Source: Monocercomonoides exilis PA203
Taxonomy: Eukaryota; Protista; Preaxostyla
Reading direction: 5' to 3'
Assembly (NCBI GenBank): GCA_001643675.2
Contig: LSRY02000001.1
Span: 1,612,001 to 1,676,000 of the forward strand
DNA: 64,000 nt
The notes beneath the pieces were generated by a model, which saw nothing but the letters and a program-made list of their open reading frames with translations, did no database searches and had not been told where the DNA came from. Shown one piece after another: positions 36,801-48,200 of this stretch. The position numbers and the translations under genes were made by a program. Positions within the stretch are counted from its first letter, which is position 1, and each line of letters starts with the position of its first letter.

Positions 36801-39800
36801 AACAAAATTCAATATTCGGGATGGACAAGGTTGATCACAAGGAGAAGGCGCTGGATCTGATGAGTCTGATTGTGAAGTATCAATCTGACACCATTGTGGT
36901 GTCGAGCAAAGAAGGGAACGGAGGGAGCAATGAGCAGCAGTGTGGAAAACCGAAGCTGCCATGTGCCACAATCGGGTTTGGGCTGCGGCATCTGACTCAT
37001 GATTTTTTCAGCCAGCTGTTTGTCGATGAGGAGTCAATTGTGGACGAAGAAGTTGTGCTTGAGACATTGACGTTTAGGGGATTGCAGGAGAATGGCAGCA
37101 TTGTGACTGTGAAAGGAGAAATAAAGGGATCTGAGGATTTCGTGATCCGCACAAGTGGCAAGGTGCAGCTGCAATCCCTTCTATTCGCATTCGAAATGAC
37201 GTTGCAAACAGAGCGCACTTCTTTCTTGAAGGTTGACTCGGGCAAGGCAACACTAAATGCATGCTCATTCGAGGCAGGAAGCTTGGTTGGAGGATCAAAA
37301 AGATCTCTTCCATTTTGTCTGCTCTCAATCGATGGAGGCGAATGTTTCCTGAACAAGGTGAACATTTCTTCACTTTCATTTGAATGTGACGCTGCCATCT
37401 GTATCAAGAAGTCGATCGAAGTCAACAATCTTGTTGTCAATAATGTGGAAGTTGAAAAGGATTTTGTGCAGATCAGCGGAAATGCAGCAGTGAAGATGGA
37501 GAATTTGGACGCGACTGAAGCGAAAGTGCGCAATGGATGCTTTATTGCAGTCAATGGAGGTGAGAGCAAGACTTCATTAGCTTCATTTTCTTTATCGCTT
37601 TCTTTCATTGAGAATATCACATGTGTGGGAGAGGATGCAAGTGGAATTGGAATTGAACGATTTAACTCCATTGCGAAATTGTCCAATTGCTCGTTTGCAA
37701 GATGCCAAACACACAAAACAACGGGAAGCATAGCCTCGCTGTCGTTTTGCAAAGATATCGAGATTAAAGGATGCCTGTTTGATGGAGAAAGGCAAATCGA
37801 AACAGATGTGCCTCACATGAGCAATGTCGATCCCTTCATTTGCGAATGGAACGGATCGCTTGCAGATGTGGTTCAAAGCAAATCAGTGATAAGTGACACG
37901 ACTTTCACAAACTCTGCCAATGGTGGCCTTTCAGCAAGAGGGGGAACAATGAGAATCGAGAAAGGCGAGCTTGTGAACAACAATCCAGCGATTGAGCTGT
38001 ATCCTTCAGCTCGAAGAAATATTTGGTGCTCTGATTCGACCAAGTTAGATATAATAAGTGTGAAAGCAGGGGATGGAGTTTTGCCAGATTCCTCATTGTG
38101 GATCTTGAATGATGGATGTGAGCTGAGCGGAATAGCCAGCGAGAGACCATCGGCACTATTTATCCCTGTGCTGCATGAAGTGAAGAGCTTGCCAATATCC
38201 TCGGGTGCAACAAATTTGACTCTGTTTGGGGAGCTTCTTCTTCCTTGCAACCTGACCTTGAAATTGTGCTTCACAAGCGGAGATGAGGAATTCATTGAAC
38301 TCCACGAGATAAACAAAGATGGATTTTCTTCAGAAAATGAAATACAAACAGTTGCAACATCTTCACAATTGGAGAATGTGAGAGAAGAGACTGAAGTTAG
38401 CTTGTGCATTCTATTTGGGAATGCCGATTCTCCCTCATCAACGCAGCCATTCATTCTGAAGAATAGAAGTGAAACAAAGGCAAAAGGAGATGAAAGGATT
38501 GCGGAAGGTGGAAATGAGAAGAAGTCATGGTGGGTTGTTATTGTGATTTCCTCTGCAGTTTTCATTGTGTTGCTGGCAATAATTGTTGTTTTGGCTGTTC
38601 GTTGGAGAAAAGCAAAGAATGAGAATAAAGATTTAAGAGAAATTGTGAACGATAATATCAGAAAAGATCCGAAGGCATTTGAGATGGTGACAATGGAGAT
38701 GTCACCTGAAGAGCAGTGGAGGAGAGCAGAGAAAGAAGCGGAGAAGAAGAATGATGAGAGGATGAAGAAGAGAATATATGAGACGAATATGCAACATTCA
38801 GAGTCATCGGAGCATTTGTTGAGTGAGAGCGGATCGACAGAATACATCTTGGGGAAAGACTCAGACAAAATTCCTGATTGGGCATTAGAAAAGGAAGATG
38901 AGGAAGAGGTGAGAAAGAGATCACCATCACCTTCCATTTCATCCACTTCAACAACAGATTCAGATTCGACTTTTGTTCGTGGGGAGGATCTGTGTCCAAC
39001 CACCTCGTCGATGTCGAATCTGGTGGATGCGATAGCCTGTTCATCTCCACATGAGAAGTTGATTGTGGATCTGAGGGATTCGCTGTTCATGCTTCTTCAT
39101 GGAAAGAATAAGACAAAGGAGATGGCGATAGGCACTCTGCAGGAGAGGGAGCAAACAGCTGCGCAGATCCTGTTCTGGGTGGCAAATCTTGCACTCCACT
39201 CATTTGACGAAATGGAAAATCCTCTCTCATCTCTTTCCAATCTCAGTCCGCACATTGTGCTGTTCTCAGAACACATGGTAATCTGCATTGTGATGCACTC
39301 TGACTTCCTTTCTTCTGATGATTCAGATTCCTCATCGATCTCTTCATTAAGTGTTGTATCTTCTTCCTCCAATATTTCAGTGATGAGCGAGAGATTAACA
39401 GACTCACCACCTCCTTCATCTGCTTTTGAGGATGAGGATGACTTCAAAAAAGAGTGTCTGAGGTGGAAGGCACCTGAATTGCAGATGAACAAGAAGATGG
39501 GAGCAACAAAGGAATCAGTTGTGTTTTCGATTGGGATGATGTTGTGGGAATGCTTGACCTTGGAGATTCCGTTTGGAGAGTATGAGGGTGAGGTGGCAGG
39601 GCAGAAAATAGTGAATGGAGAAAGACCTGATATCGAAATGATCGGAGACAGCAATCTGAAAGAATACTCAAAAGAATGCATAGCAATCAGTCCTGGAGCA
39701 AGGCCAACGCTCGCATCCATCAAAAGAGTGCTTATCCAACATTTCCCGCTTGGAGCTGCTGTTCTCACAATGTCCGATGCGATTGACATGGAGCAGCGCT

Positions 39801-39865
39801 CTGGAGATAGAGCAGATTCTGAAAGAATTACTGACGGTGAAAGTCTATTGACATTCACCAGTTGA
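30854..39865 (+). CDS. 3003-aa type-I membrane protein: signal peptide, beta-helix-like GG(A/G)(I/L)/FxxN repeats, single TM, degenerate kinase-like tail
   Basis: Intronless ORF with a hydrophobic N-terminus. Repeated GGGLY/GGAI..F..N.A..G.D/N motifs and CG....PC modules. TM WWVVIVISSAVFIVLLAIIVVLAVRW (~38528-38605). C-lobe kinase motifs RWKAPE, VFSIGMMLWECLTLEIPF and RPTL. Confidence 0.9.
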   Translation: MIAAILFTFFQANFSAMKWKENINCENIDCERNQNLSNSTQERTERGIILGSFTVQNTTLECSCIILKTSNNQSFFRINEQSVLFLTSCISISSSEYSFFVIDGGVADAKNLSIYAIRSFTPIPGLFCSSSNSIMFHKEAFISLSDSLFSSFEMSKTPLLAADICCSVSATCLFMHNITSTFPVQSVSPTISVATSTTLDSCIFHRVSDVIDGGITRSVNSPSSSLAALNITFESCIRQANIAVSNNKNMKQQKLGANEVHVFTNCEWHDANINGVGSAIYLLGTSSLECKRCSFRNMSHNNDGAVDVQKGLGVKLTECNFTNCESRKNSGGVLLFFVTDDYCISRCIFTRCKASPEYAGGLRINQLSGNDNNLIQLCRFLNNEAASYGGGLYIQKNTTRYVISECDFFNNIANGTGEVYKRGGGGAFIESTEWMKNDPSPVIFSFCIFMNNEAQCEEGLDVKINNSYIVANPFENSYSFTSENRVYYNERNILYNNWLPIICVRFVNSNGTTDDICGYRKNYPCKSIEAAHLLSKNLPKYTINIMQSIFSPLAMIIEGGEASFEGEKDDNCIINTSLLDPSSFLFTLTSGSMKISLVTIHHNSDDSSVSLFAMGAASRMLSLKSVTISGLDETAERIRSNSLFLVIFAKFQMDNCLVEHIALSSCSIFEEDIESGTGENMLKNVTFSNISKGEGNGGIFSTSRGRRDSFWIKNVTFKNCSCSEGNGGCIDWSLMQGGSYKIGQSSIATEIHDCGAENGNGNPSGVSDTGRGGGLFLTLSAQSDVFEIVNVVFNGNHAEHGRNVFIASNHLELIPVERFAFVLQMNEDASDAEGIGDSSNTSLIVPILCYTQDVPQSGIQVSASGSDHPRCGFAFFKCRTLSFPVNRANGSPISIIVNGAVDVDATVVFSKAQTDVDASEDGVLLVIHGEASCAEESCKGLFDVSNKTTMRNLVLNLPSVLQYHETLFNLKKDILEFNQCGFQFSTGANVIQYSLFAVEKGTVKVSSLELDSMKFMKSGFTANGNASQFVIENVDLRNISLSDDNGFVEIVNGGSFTANEMNASECNMQGYSLIYAGSSCVLRLSMCDWSTCQFTDSGLIKASEANEIHVINCNESGISLETGDGGLIGGVIAYGGVVVVENTTIEDCVAESGNGGGLKLNMRGSGELRISSTSDATSIKRCIAGRTKQGNGGGCGGGLWLGFEGELSRFDLAGMNVEGNKARCGKDVYFVCQDLRKTVTASTFSFYEKITERNNSLMGKDRSKFENDVDLFIFLEGYSSLVIEVDGLTGDNGIWCGMEVCPCASVDYGVRRLADDDEKGIILAGRSAIEQETDLTGVSVETKTNRQIIVIIKSTIGGESDSVIISEGNTLIKNMVLQLPKRFDETKHTLISSTSQNGVLEVQKCIFEMQEESREEIQYSIMRCSGAILIMKWTTIHNIRTERTVLELSLLGAEHIASDDSIVSFNNCTFADLSNANTDCAVLFSEDAKNAIVMEQCNMTNVKSIASNSGGAISINLSGSCLLEVSSCEMKGCAAETSNSGKGGCLFLNNKQAASDLSFVFANVHFEDNDAFLGKNIFILSNDLNESVTNQTFAFSVDGFTDNSNLFVGTDEKRNNTDLLRFLVEYSNSVVVVWERGDDVARCGSDEDPCKSMWMGLKHIVKDASSKVVEIKEKASVEGSCDFSGLVVEPQGSGGDEVMRSVLEIGSKEESAVSVWIRNSKTLSLRALDICTYRLQPNGKTGIFESDGEMLEFDDCSLSTNGDEDKMDNAALCFAKKGILRLWKCMITSIEAKQSVFVILSGVQSLFDECSVSQTKAECGSLVKVQDESRDHKNNERNDVGEVVAKNCTFSSVNVEGTDASLICSTCTCGVKVDIESSALEECCAGGSTKGGAVLFALNEEGSFKLKNASVRLCGCSASEGKGGGVYLSTRLNGELKFAFDNVTFRRNTAKVGNDVFIECHHIESQINETQFNLDFRDEEFIKQNSIFGMDKVDHKEKALDLMSLIVKYQSDTIVVSSKEGNGGSNEQQCGKPKLPCATIGFGLRHLTHDFFSQLFVDEESIVDEEVVLETLTFRGLQENGSIVTVKGEIKGSEDFVIRTSGKVQLQSLLFAFEMTLQTERTSFLKVDSGKATLNACSFEAGSLVGGSKRSLPFCLLSIDGGECFLNKVNISSLSFECDAAICIKKSIEVNNLVVNNVEVEKDFVQISGNAAVKMENLDATEAKVRNGCFIAVNGGESKTSLASFSLSLSFIENITCVGEDASGIGIERFNSIAKLSNCSFARCQTHKTTGSIASLSFCKDIEIKGCLFDGERQIETDVPHMSNVDPFICEWNGSLADVVQSKSVISDTTFTNSANGGLSARGGTMRIEKGELVNNNPAIELYPSARRNIWCSDSTKLDIISVKAGDGVLPDSSLWILNDGCELSGIASERPSALFIPVLHEVKSLPISSGATNLTLFGELLLPCNLTLKLCFTSGDEEFIELHEINKDGFSSENEIQTVATSSQLENVREETEVSLCILFGNADSPSSTQPFILKNRSETKAKGDERIAEGGNEKKSWWVVIVISSAVFIVLLAIIVVLAVRWRKAKNENKDLREIVNDNIRKDPKAFEMVTMEMSPEEQWRRAEKEAEKKNDERMKKRIYETNMQHSESSEHLLSESGSTEYILGKDSDKIPDWALEKEDEEEVRKRSPSPSISSTSTTDSDSTFVRGEDLCPTTSSMSNLVDAIACSSPHEKLIVDLRDSLFMLLHGKNKTKEMAIGTLQEREQTAAQILFWVANLALHSFDEMENPLSSLSNLSPHIVLFSEHMVICIVMHSDFLSSDDSDSSSISSLSVVSSSSNISVMSERLTDSPPPSSAFEDEDDFKKECLRWKAPELQMNKKMGATKESVVFSIGMMLWECLTLEIPFGEYEGEVAGQKIVNGERPDIEMIGDSNLKEYSKECIAISPGARPTLASIKRVLIQHFPLGAAVLTMSDAIDMEQRSGDRADSERITDGESLLTFTS

Positions 39866-42292
39866 ATTTATCAATGAAAATTATCCAATGAAAAATGATT
39901 CATGGAACTAATTGTGATAGATCGTATTTGTTGATATCTATCTCTTGAGGGCTTCTGCTTCTTTTGTATACTTTTAGCATTCTTCATCCTTGGCGTCAAA
40001 TTACTGCTCAAATGCATTCATCACATTTCATTATATTTCTTCATCAATACGTTGAATCGCATGTGAAATGGTATTTTGATTAATAGCTTCAAGTTTACAC
40101 ATAAAACAAAGAGAGCAAATCAAAGTAGATAATTAAAATAGTTCAATTGAGCCTCAGAAATGAATCTAACATTCATCTTTTGATACAATGGAAACTCTCC
40201 TTCATAACCGCAGCTGTTGAAAGAAGGGCACAGCGATATTGATGAATTAAACCTCAAAAATGAAAGGATAATTATTGATGAGCCCACTTTTGCTCGTCTC
40301 ACTTCATTGACTTCAATTTTTTTAAAATAAAATTAAAAACTCAATGATTTCTTGATGGAAGAAACTATGTCAATTGGGCAATTTCTATTTTTTTTTTCAT
40401 CCTGTGCTTTCTTGCTCTATTCATTTTTAAAGAAATAAAATAATTATGTGAAATATAAAGAAATAAAAATACATACATATTTTTGTTAATGATAAAAAAA
40501 TCAAGTTGATTCCGCTAAAATAACCATTTTCTTCATCATCATTAAATTTTATTTTTTATTTTAGAAAATAACTTTAACTTTTTTTAATGTGAAAAGTCCC
40601 ATGAAAGTTCTTTTTTCCATTTATATGAGAAAGGATCCCACTCTGTTTGAGTAACATGCAACCAAAATGCACAGCACAACCAATGTTATTCATGTTTTCT
40701 GATGAAGTTTTATCTGATGCGGTTCGTAATAATCTCAAAAAACAATGCGTGTTTTGTGAATTGTGTGAACCACCTTTCGTCTGTAGTCCATTTGAAGAAG
40801 ATGTTTTGTTTCTATTTTTTCAATATTAATGAAATCTCTAATAGATAAATCTTTCAGCTCAAGAATCACTGGCGAAAATATGTGATTGCGAAAAATTTGA
40901 ATTCCAAGAATTCATATTGCAACGAAGAATTCAAATACTTTCGATAAAGGTTTTCTCTTCACGTTCTGGAGTTCCCCCTTTCAGAATGGGAACTTTGGAA
41001 CATAAAAAAAATAGTGATGAATGGAACAGTAAAGAATTAAGATTTCAATCTTTATCATTCTTTTCCTCGAATTCTTCGCATTTAACAATACTTCAAATGC
41101 ATTTCATTCTCTTGCTTTTAATCTTTTTCATTGATAAATTTTGAAGCTCGCAATTGTTTCTCCTTTTTTAGTTTTCATACATTTCATCAAAACAGGAAAA
41201 AGAGATAATTGCAAAGTTTCATTTTTGTTAATGAATATATGAGTATGAGGAAAAATAATAAAAATAAAACAATAAGCAAACAACTTCAATATAAAATCAT
41301 TTTCAAAATTTATATATAAAGTGCATATGAGGCAGAATCATAAAATGATCATTTCAAACAAATTCAGTAATTTATTATGGGTGTTATCAATCATTAGTTA
41401 ATTGTTACAATTAAAAAAGTATCAGTAAGATAATATATATATAAAAAATAGCATTTCTCATGATTTATTGTCTACAATTTTAAAATCAATTTTTTTTGAA
41501 TAACAATATTTCTAATTTTTTTTTTTCGCTTATTTTTTTTTATGAAAGAGTGAAATTTCCCATTCAAAAATTCGATAATTATTTATTAGAAAAATTTTCA
41601 CATAATTGAAAGTAATGATATCTACATTTCTCTCTTTCTCTTTCTTTTTCACTTTCTCTTTTTATTTCCTAAAAGCGATATGCAATAGACCTATTTATGA
41701 TAAAGAAAAAGAAAAGCATCTTTGAAAAAAGATGACTCACTTTAAAAGAAGCAAGTTTGAATTGAGAGCTTCATTGGAAAAAAAAACTTCAATTGAAATA
41801 GATTCTCCTTTTTTTTTCAGGCTATTCAACAAGAAAAGTGTGATTCTTTTTTTTTTTTTTATTACATGTTAAAAACTATGATTGAAAGAATTGAAAAAAT
41901 AGAAACAATAAACAACCCATACAATACAAAACATTTTTCAAAATTACAAAAAAGAAAAAGAAAGAGAAAAAAATTATAATTTTTTTTTTTTAAATTTCAT
42001 GTCAAAACAAACTTCTCACAAAAGTGAAATTGATAATATTTAATAACAAGACAGTCAATGCAAAGCATATTAATAACATCCTCTTTCAACAAAAAAGTGC
42101 TCTAACGCTTTATATTCGTCTTTACAAACAACTGTGCAAAACATTTGAAATAAACTAAAACATTCAACTTCTCAGCTAAACAGATTGTAAAAACTCAATT
42201 TATTGCTTTTTCTTTTTCCTTTTTTTTGATATTTCATTTTTCGAATGGCAAAAAATTCAAACATCACAAAAGACATATGTGTACATCATATT

Positions 42293-45200
42293 TTATTCAG
42301 CAGGAGCTTGCACCTCAACCACGTCTGATCCATGTGTCGTGCTTAAAATCAGAACCGAGAACTTTTTGTTGGATAAAGAGGATTTTTTCTTCAGCCTCTG
42401 GCCAAGCGGCACGAAGTCCCTCGAGGCCTTTGTGGCTTCATTAACCGACAAGTAATCAAAGCACCCTCTCAAATCTGTGAACCCGTCCTTCACAAACTGC
42501 GCTTTTTCTGAGCTTGAGACTGACCCGTCCTTCGTGAACACCTTCACATACACTCCTGGCAGCGGCTTCAAGTTGTCTGCCTGCCGCACAGCCAGCCTTC
42601 CTGTTGACTCATACACCTCAATCGACATCTGATGATTGAACCATTTCCCTGTTTGCCTAACATTGCCATACACTGCTTCCACAAACATGTCCTTCGAGCG
42701 CATCTCTTCTGGCACAGACACTGTTATCTCCTCCAGCAGCTTGGCCCCTTTTCTTCTGCTGGCTGTATACTCTGGCGCAACAAGTGGCGATGCAACGATT
42801 TCGCTCTGAGAAGCAGAAGAAGCTGAAGCCGGAGCAGAAGCAGAAGAAGAAGCAGCGAATGATGCTTTAAGCTCAAATGTCGGCTTAATCACAGAAAATT
42901 GCTCGCCAACTTCCTGAACAAACGGATTCAGGCTGAACATCAGCTCCACGTCGACAAAGAAGAACCGCAGCTTCACCTGCTTCAGATGCCCGTTCTTCTG
43001 CTTGAGTACAATCTGCCCCCTTTGCGGCTGCACCTCCATCGAAAGTGTCACATCTTTCTTTTCCTTCTCGTTGCCACGTAGTTTGTACTTTTCTGCCTTG
43101 CGTTTTTGTCTCATCTCTCTCTCTCTTTCTCCCTCTCCTCCTTCTTCGTCCTTCAGACGACTCGGATCATCTAAAACAACGTCATTTGCTCCGAACTCGT
43201 CCTCGTCTTTCAAGTTTGTTCCATCTTTTCCCCTCTTCTTTACTCTTTCATAAAGATCATCAATCTCCCTCAGCTGCAGCCGGAGCTCGTCAAACATCAG
43301 CTTCCAGCGTGTGATGGGGCAGTTCTTGTATCTGGCAGCAACCGAGCGTGCAATCTTCAGAGGTGGCACTTCTTCTCCCAAAGCCCACGAATTCGCATGC
43401 GGCTTTGAAGGAGTGGAAGAAGAAGAAGAAGAAGAAGAAGAAGAAGAAGAAGAAGATGTAGCTGAAGCCGCCATTGATGCGCGGGTAAAGTCGAAATACG
43501 CAGACATGTAGTCATATTGTATCACCATGTCTATTTCCTTGTCCTGCTGGCTGACGTTCCTCTCGCCAGTTGTGCTGACGTTGCTGAGTGAGCTGTTGTC
43601 AACGCTGTCTGTTTCAGTTGTGTCTGTCTCTTCGTCTTCCTTGTCTGCAAGCAGCCCTTTCACCCTCTTTCTGATCGTCTCAATGTTTCCGGACTCGATC
43701 GAGTCGAACAAGCGCTGCGCTTCTTCTATTCGATCCTGAAGCACCAGATAATACGACAGAATAAGCTTGTCATCGTCAGAAACAGTGACAAATCCACCTG
43801 ACGGAACAACTTTTTCGTCTCCTTCACTCTTCCCAAGTGGCTCTGGCTTGTCTTTCTCGTTCTCGTCATCTGCATCTTCTGAGTGATAATTCACACAGCA
43901 GTTCCCACTCGCCATTTTGTGAGCCAAGAAATCGAGATACTCCAAGTAGTGCTTGTTGAATGTGATGTCAGGAATCTCCAGCTGCCTTCCGCTGCGAATC
44001 GATCGTGCATTGATCAGCGGGCGATAGTCAAACACATTCATTTGCCCAAACAGTGTGGGGTCATACGAGAAGATAGCAGAGTTGATGGTGTGGCTCACTG
44101 GAATGATCCTGCTCAGCGCGTGGCTGTTGTTCTGCACAGGCGATTCCACACTCTTTTCTCCTCCATTCCACTGCAGGTAATCTCTGATGGCCCAAACTGG
44201 CTCTCGGTGCAGCAGCGCATACGACCAGACATCCTTCGAAAACACAAACCGGCTGCGCAGAATGTTGATCACACGCACAAACAGCTCCTTGTCCTTCACG
44301 AAGCGCCAGCACATGTCGCTCAGCTTGATCTCCGGTGAAAACAGATCGCCTTCTCCCAGAAACGCACACAGCTCTTCGCCCGACCCGTCCTGCGAGAGAT
44401 AACTCCACCCTTTCCTTTCTGATGGGCGGATTGTGCAGTCCACTTTCACTTTTGACAGAACTTTGCTTGTGGTTGCCAGCAGCTTCCCGTTTTTGCCCAC
44501 AACTTGTGCCGGATAGTGAACATACGTGCCTTCGAAGGGGAAGTACAAATAGGATGTCAGCTGGCTGGTGGAGAACGCCTTCACTGTGACAGAGAACGTC
44601 TCAGTGATCTTCGTCTTGTTCAAGGCGATGGAGCCCTCGGGTATCTGGACGACGACTTTCAGGCTCTGCTCTTTTATTGTTGGGTTGTTGATGACGACGA
44701 TTGACTTGTACGCGCGACGAGGATGAAGCGAGCCAATGACACGCTTCGGCACATCCAGCCCACTCGCATCGAATTCAGTTGGGTCGCTCAGATCAACAAA
44801 GAACTGCTCAATCATTATGTTCTGGGGGCAGAAGGCCAACGAGGAGGAGGAAGAGGAGGAAGATGATATCGAAATGGATGAAGCAGAAGAGGAAGAAGAA
44901 GAAGAAGAGGACGCTGATTGTGGCAGTTGTATGGATGTATTTTGGTTATCTTTCTGAACAATAGGCACAAATATAATTTCTCCCTTTTCATTCCTTTCTG
45001 CCTTCTTTGTCACCTGAGAGGTTTCTTTGTACAGAAAAAGAATTGGCGATGTTGGCGTTATAATAACGTTCGTTCCTTCCTTCTGCACAGAATCCCCATC
45101 TCGCTCTTCAGAGGCAGAAGAAGAAGAAGAAGCAGATGCAGAAGCAGATGGCTTCAGAGCATGAGCCACATGCTTTTCAAATTCGACTTGCTGTTCAACA

Positions 45201-48200
45201 GAAGTGAGAGATATGTCAGTCAGAGAGAGCGCAAATGCAGCAGACGCAAAAGTCGTAATACATCCAGTGATGTTCCTGGACAAGAATGGCACTTTACCAT
45301 GATGGATTCCAGAAGATGCAGAAGAAGAAGAAGAAACAGATCCTTCATCTTCCTCTCCCCACCCGTTGAGCAGATACTCAGCATAATCCGCGTAGAATGC
45401 ATTCCAGGGGATCAAACTAGCATTTGCATGCTTCACATTGTGATACTGCGCCTCGCGATATTCCTTTGTCGGCTCCACTTGGTGGAAGCGGGGCACGGCT
45501 GGCAGCTGCTTCTGGCGAGCATTCACAACATCTGCAGGAAATGGCTGGGGCATTGGCTCGGGCATTGACATGGGCGCAGCTTTAGGCATATATCTGCAGA
45601 AATCTTCTTGACCCATGCCATAACTTGCAATTTTCTTCATTGCCTTGTGTCTGGGAGGGGATGGAGAAGCTCTACGCTTTGAAGAAAGACCGCCAAAGAA
45701 AGGCATGCTGAACGATAATCCTGCTCCTTTCTTTGGAGAATCCGACCTTGGAGAACTGCCAACTTCATAACATCTTGCCAGCGTTTGATCCAAGTTTGAA
45801 TTTAACATCTCACTTTGTGATGACAACATTGACCTAAACCGTTCGTTCCTTGTGGGAATGAATATTCCTCCGCCATCTAATTCCTCGTCAGCAGCAGCAC
45901 ACTCCTCTTCTTCATATGCATTTGCTCCACTAATTCCTGGATAGCTATCAAAGACTGTGGGGACATATGAAGCACTCCCCGATGTCGAAGAAGAACTATA
46001 AGATGAGTATACACTTGAACTTGAACTTGAACTTGAACTGGAGATTGAGCTTGAGCTTGAGCTTGACTGATTTGTTTTCTTTTCTTCTTTTTCCACATCC
46101 TGCTGAAGAAGAGTGTCAAGCTCCTCCTCTTCTTCTTCCACTTCTTTCGTTTCCTCTTTGCCTTTATCTTTGCCTTTTCCTTTCCCCTTCGCTTCTTGCT
46201 TGCTTGCCTTGACCTGCAGCCTCTTTTTCTTTGTGTCTTCCAGCTTCTTGCAGACACCCGAAGCCAGCGCAATCTCAAACGCCTTCGTATCTGCCAATAG
46301 TCTTCTGTTCGTCTTCGCATTTTTCTTGTCCTTCACTCGCGCAACTTCCAAAAAGGAGCTTTTCAGCACATTTGCATCGTGCTCTGTGATCTCGTTCTGT
46401 CGAATTGACTCACACAAACTCCGCTGCAGAATGCTCGCACAGATTCCTGGGCCAATAAGTTCTCGCCCGTCTTCCTCTCTCTCTTTCTCTCTTTCCACCC
46501 ATCCACTCTTGTCTCTATCTTCTCCTTCTCCTCCTTCTCCTTCTCCGTCTCTGCTGTTCTCCTTCTTTCCCTTCGTTTTCCCCGCTCCTCTGCTTCTGCA
46601 TCTCCAGATCTGGTAGATCAGCAGTATCTGCTCCAACGCATTCAGCTCCTCAAACCTGCTCGACTCGACGTAGCCGAGAAGCAAAGCAACATCCTGTGTA
46701 TCCAACAAGAGATAGTCCATCAGTGTCTTCTCCCTCTTGTTCTTCAGCAAGGGAACCACCACACGCTCAAACAGAGCAGGCGACTTCTTCTTCACAAAGA
46801 AGAACATCTCGTGACAGGGAAATGCGCCCATGCGGTAGATCTTCTCTTTGTCTGGCAGCCTGCCCCAGTTCGCCACCAGCCCTTCCCACACACGCAGCGA
46901 CGCGCCGACCTCAGAAAAGCCGGTGTTACTTGCCATCCCTTTCAGAAGCGACAGGAGAGAAGGCAGACTGTCATACATCGCCCACTTCCCTTTCTCCACG
47001 TTGTGTACAACTGCTTTGTTTCTGATGCTTTTATCGTAGCTGACTGGCACCAAATTGAGAGGTTTGATGGACTTTGTTCGACTGTCGTTCAGAAGAAGAC
47101 GGGTGAGCTTGTCAATCTTACTCAGAGGTGAAGAAGACGATTTGGATTTCTCGTCTCCGACTGTCGAATCATCATCGCTGTCTTCTTCTTCCTCATCGCC
47201 ATCATTCTCGTGCCCTTCTTCTTCATCATCACAATCCTCCTTGCCATTCTCTGCAACCATCATCTTGCTGCGGCTGGAGCTATGCGCAGTTTTCATGATA
47301 CTTTCTGGTAAAAGCACAAATGCACTCTTCTTCTCCACAACAGACGTGTTCGGGTCAAATGGCTCCATAAATCGGAGGTCGTTCGCGATTTCTGAGCCAA
47401 TGTCCTCTTCGTCCTCTTCGCCATCGTTGTCACTGTCTCCATCACTCTCACTCTCGCTTTCATTTTCCTCTGTCTTTCCAAGCAGTCTCTCTGCTTTCTT
47501 GTTCTTTTTGTTCCTTTTCTCCTCCGCCTTCTTCGCGAGTGTCCCGTCCGTTTTCTCCCTCTCGTAGATCTTCTTCAGCAGCTCCACATCCAGCGCAATC
47601 TGCTTCACAACTACACGCTCATCATCAGCCGCCACAATCGTCACCATCCGATGCCCCTTTCCAATCTCCTCTTTTCTCAACACAGCCACTTTCGCACGAT
47701 ACATTTCAGACTCTCTGCGCATACGCTCCAGTTCTGAACCATCACCATCACCAGTATCAGCGCCACAAAAGCTCCCTTCTTCCACAATGTCCACTGGCTT
47801 CCTGTTCAGCACAATCTTCGGCTTCCTCGCCAGAAAGTCCAAGTTGTTTGCATTTCCTCCACCCGCTGCATCACCACGATATGCGTCCCATTCGACTTCT
47901 GCCACTTTCCCTGTCTCCTTCCCGCTGTAGCCACACGGATCTAACCTAATCAGCTTTTCCAGCTCTCCGTCTTCTGCGTCTGCAGTGCTGCTCTGCATCG
48001 ATTCGTCTGCAATCAGGCGCAGCTGCTTCTTCTCTGTCACCCGTGTCATCACTGGGTGCATCACCATCGACGGCGGGTAGAGCGAGTTGCCCAGCCGCGG
48101 CAGCGCCAGCTTGCGGTTCAGCACATACAGCTGCTCGGTGCCCATCACTTTGTTCGACACAAACTCGCTTTTCTTCGCACCGCGGAACAAGACGACTTTT

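Noticed and set aside
39866-42292. Short ORFs or RNA genes in the 2.4-kb AT-rich convergent intergenic region
   Set aside because: No tRNA/rRNA signatures, repeats or credible coding signal found by eye.
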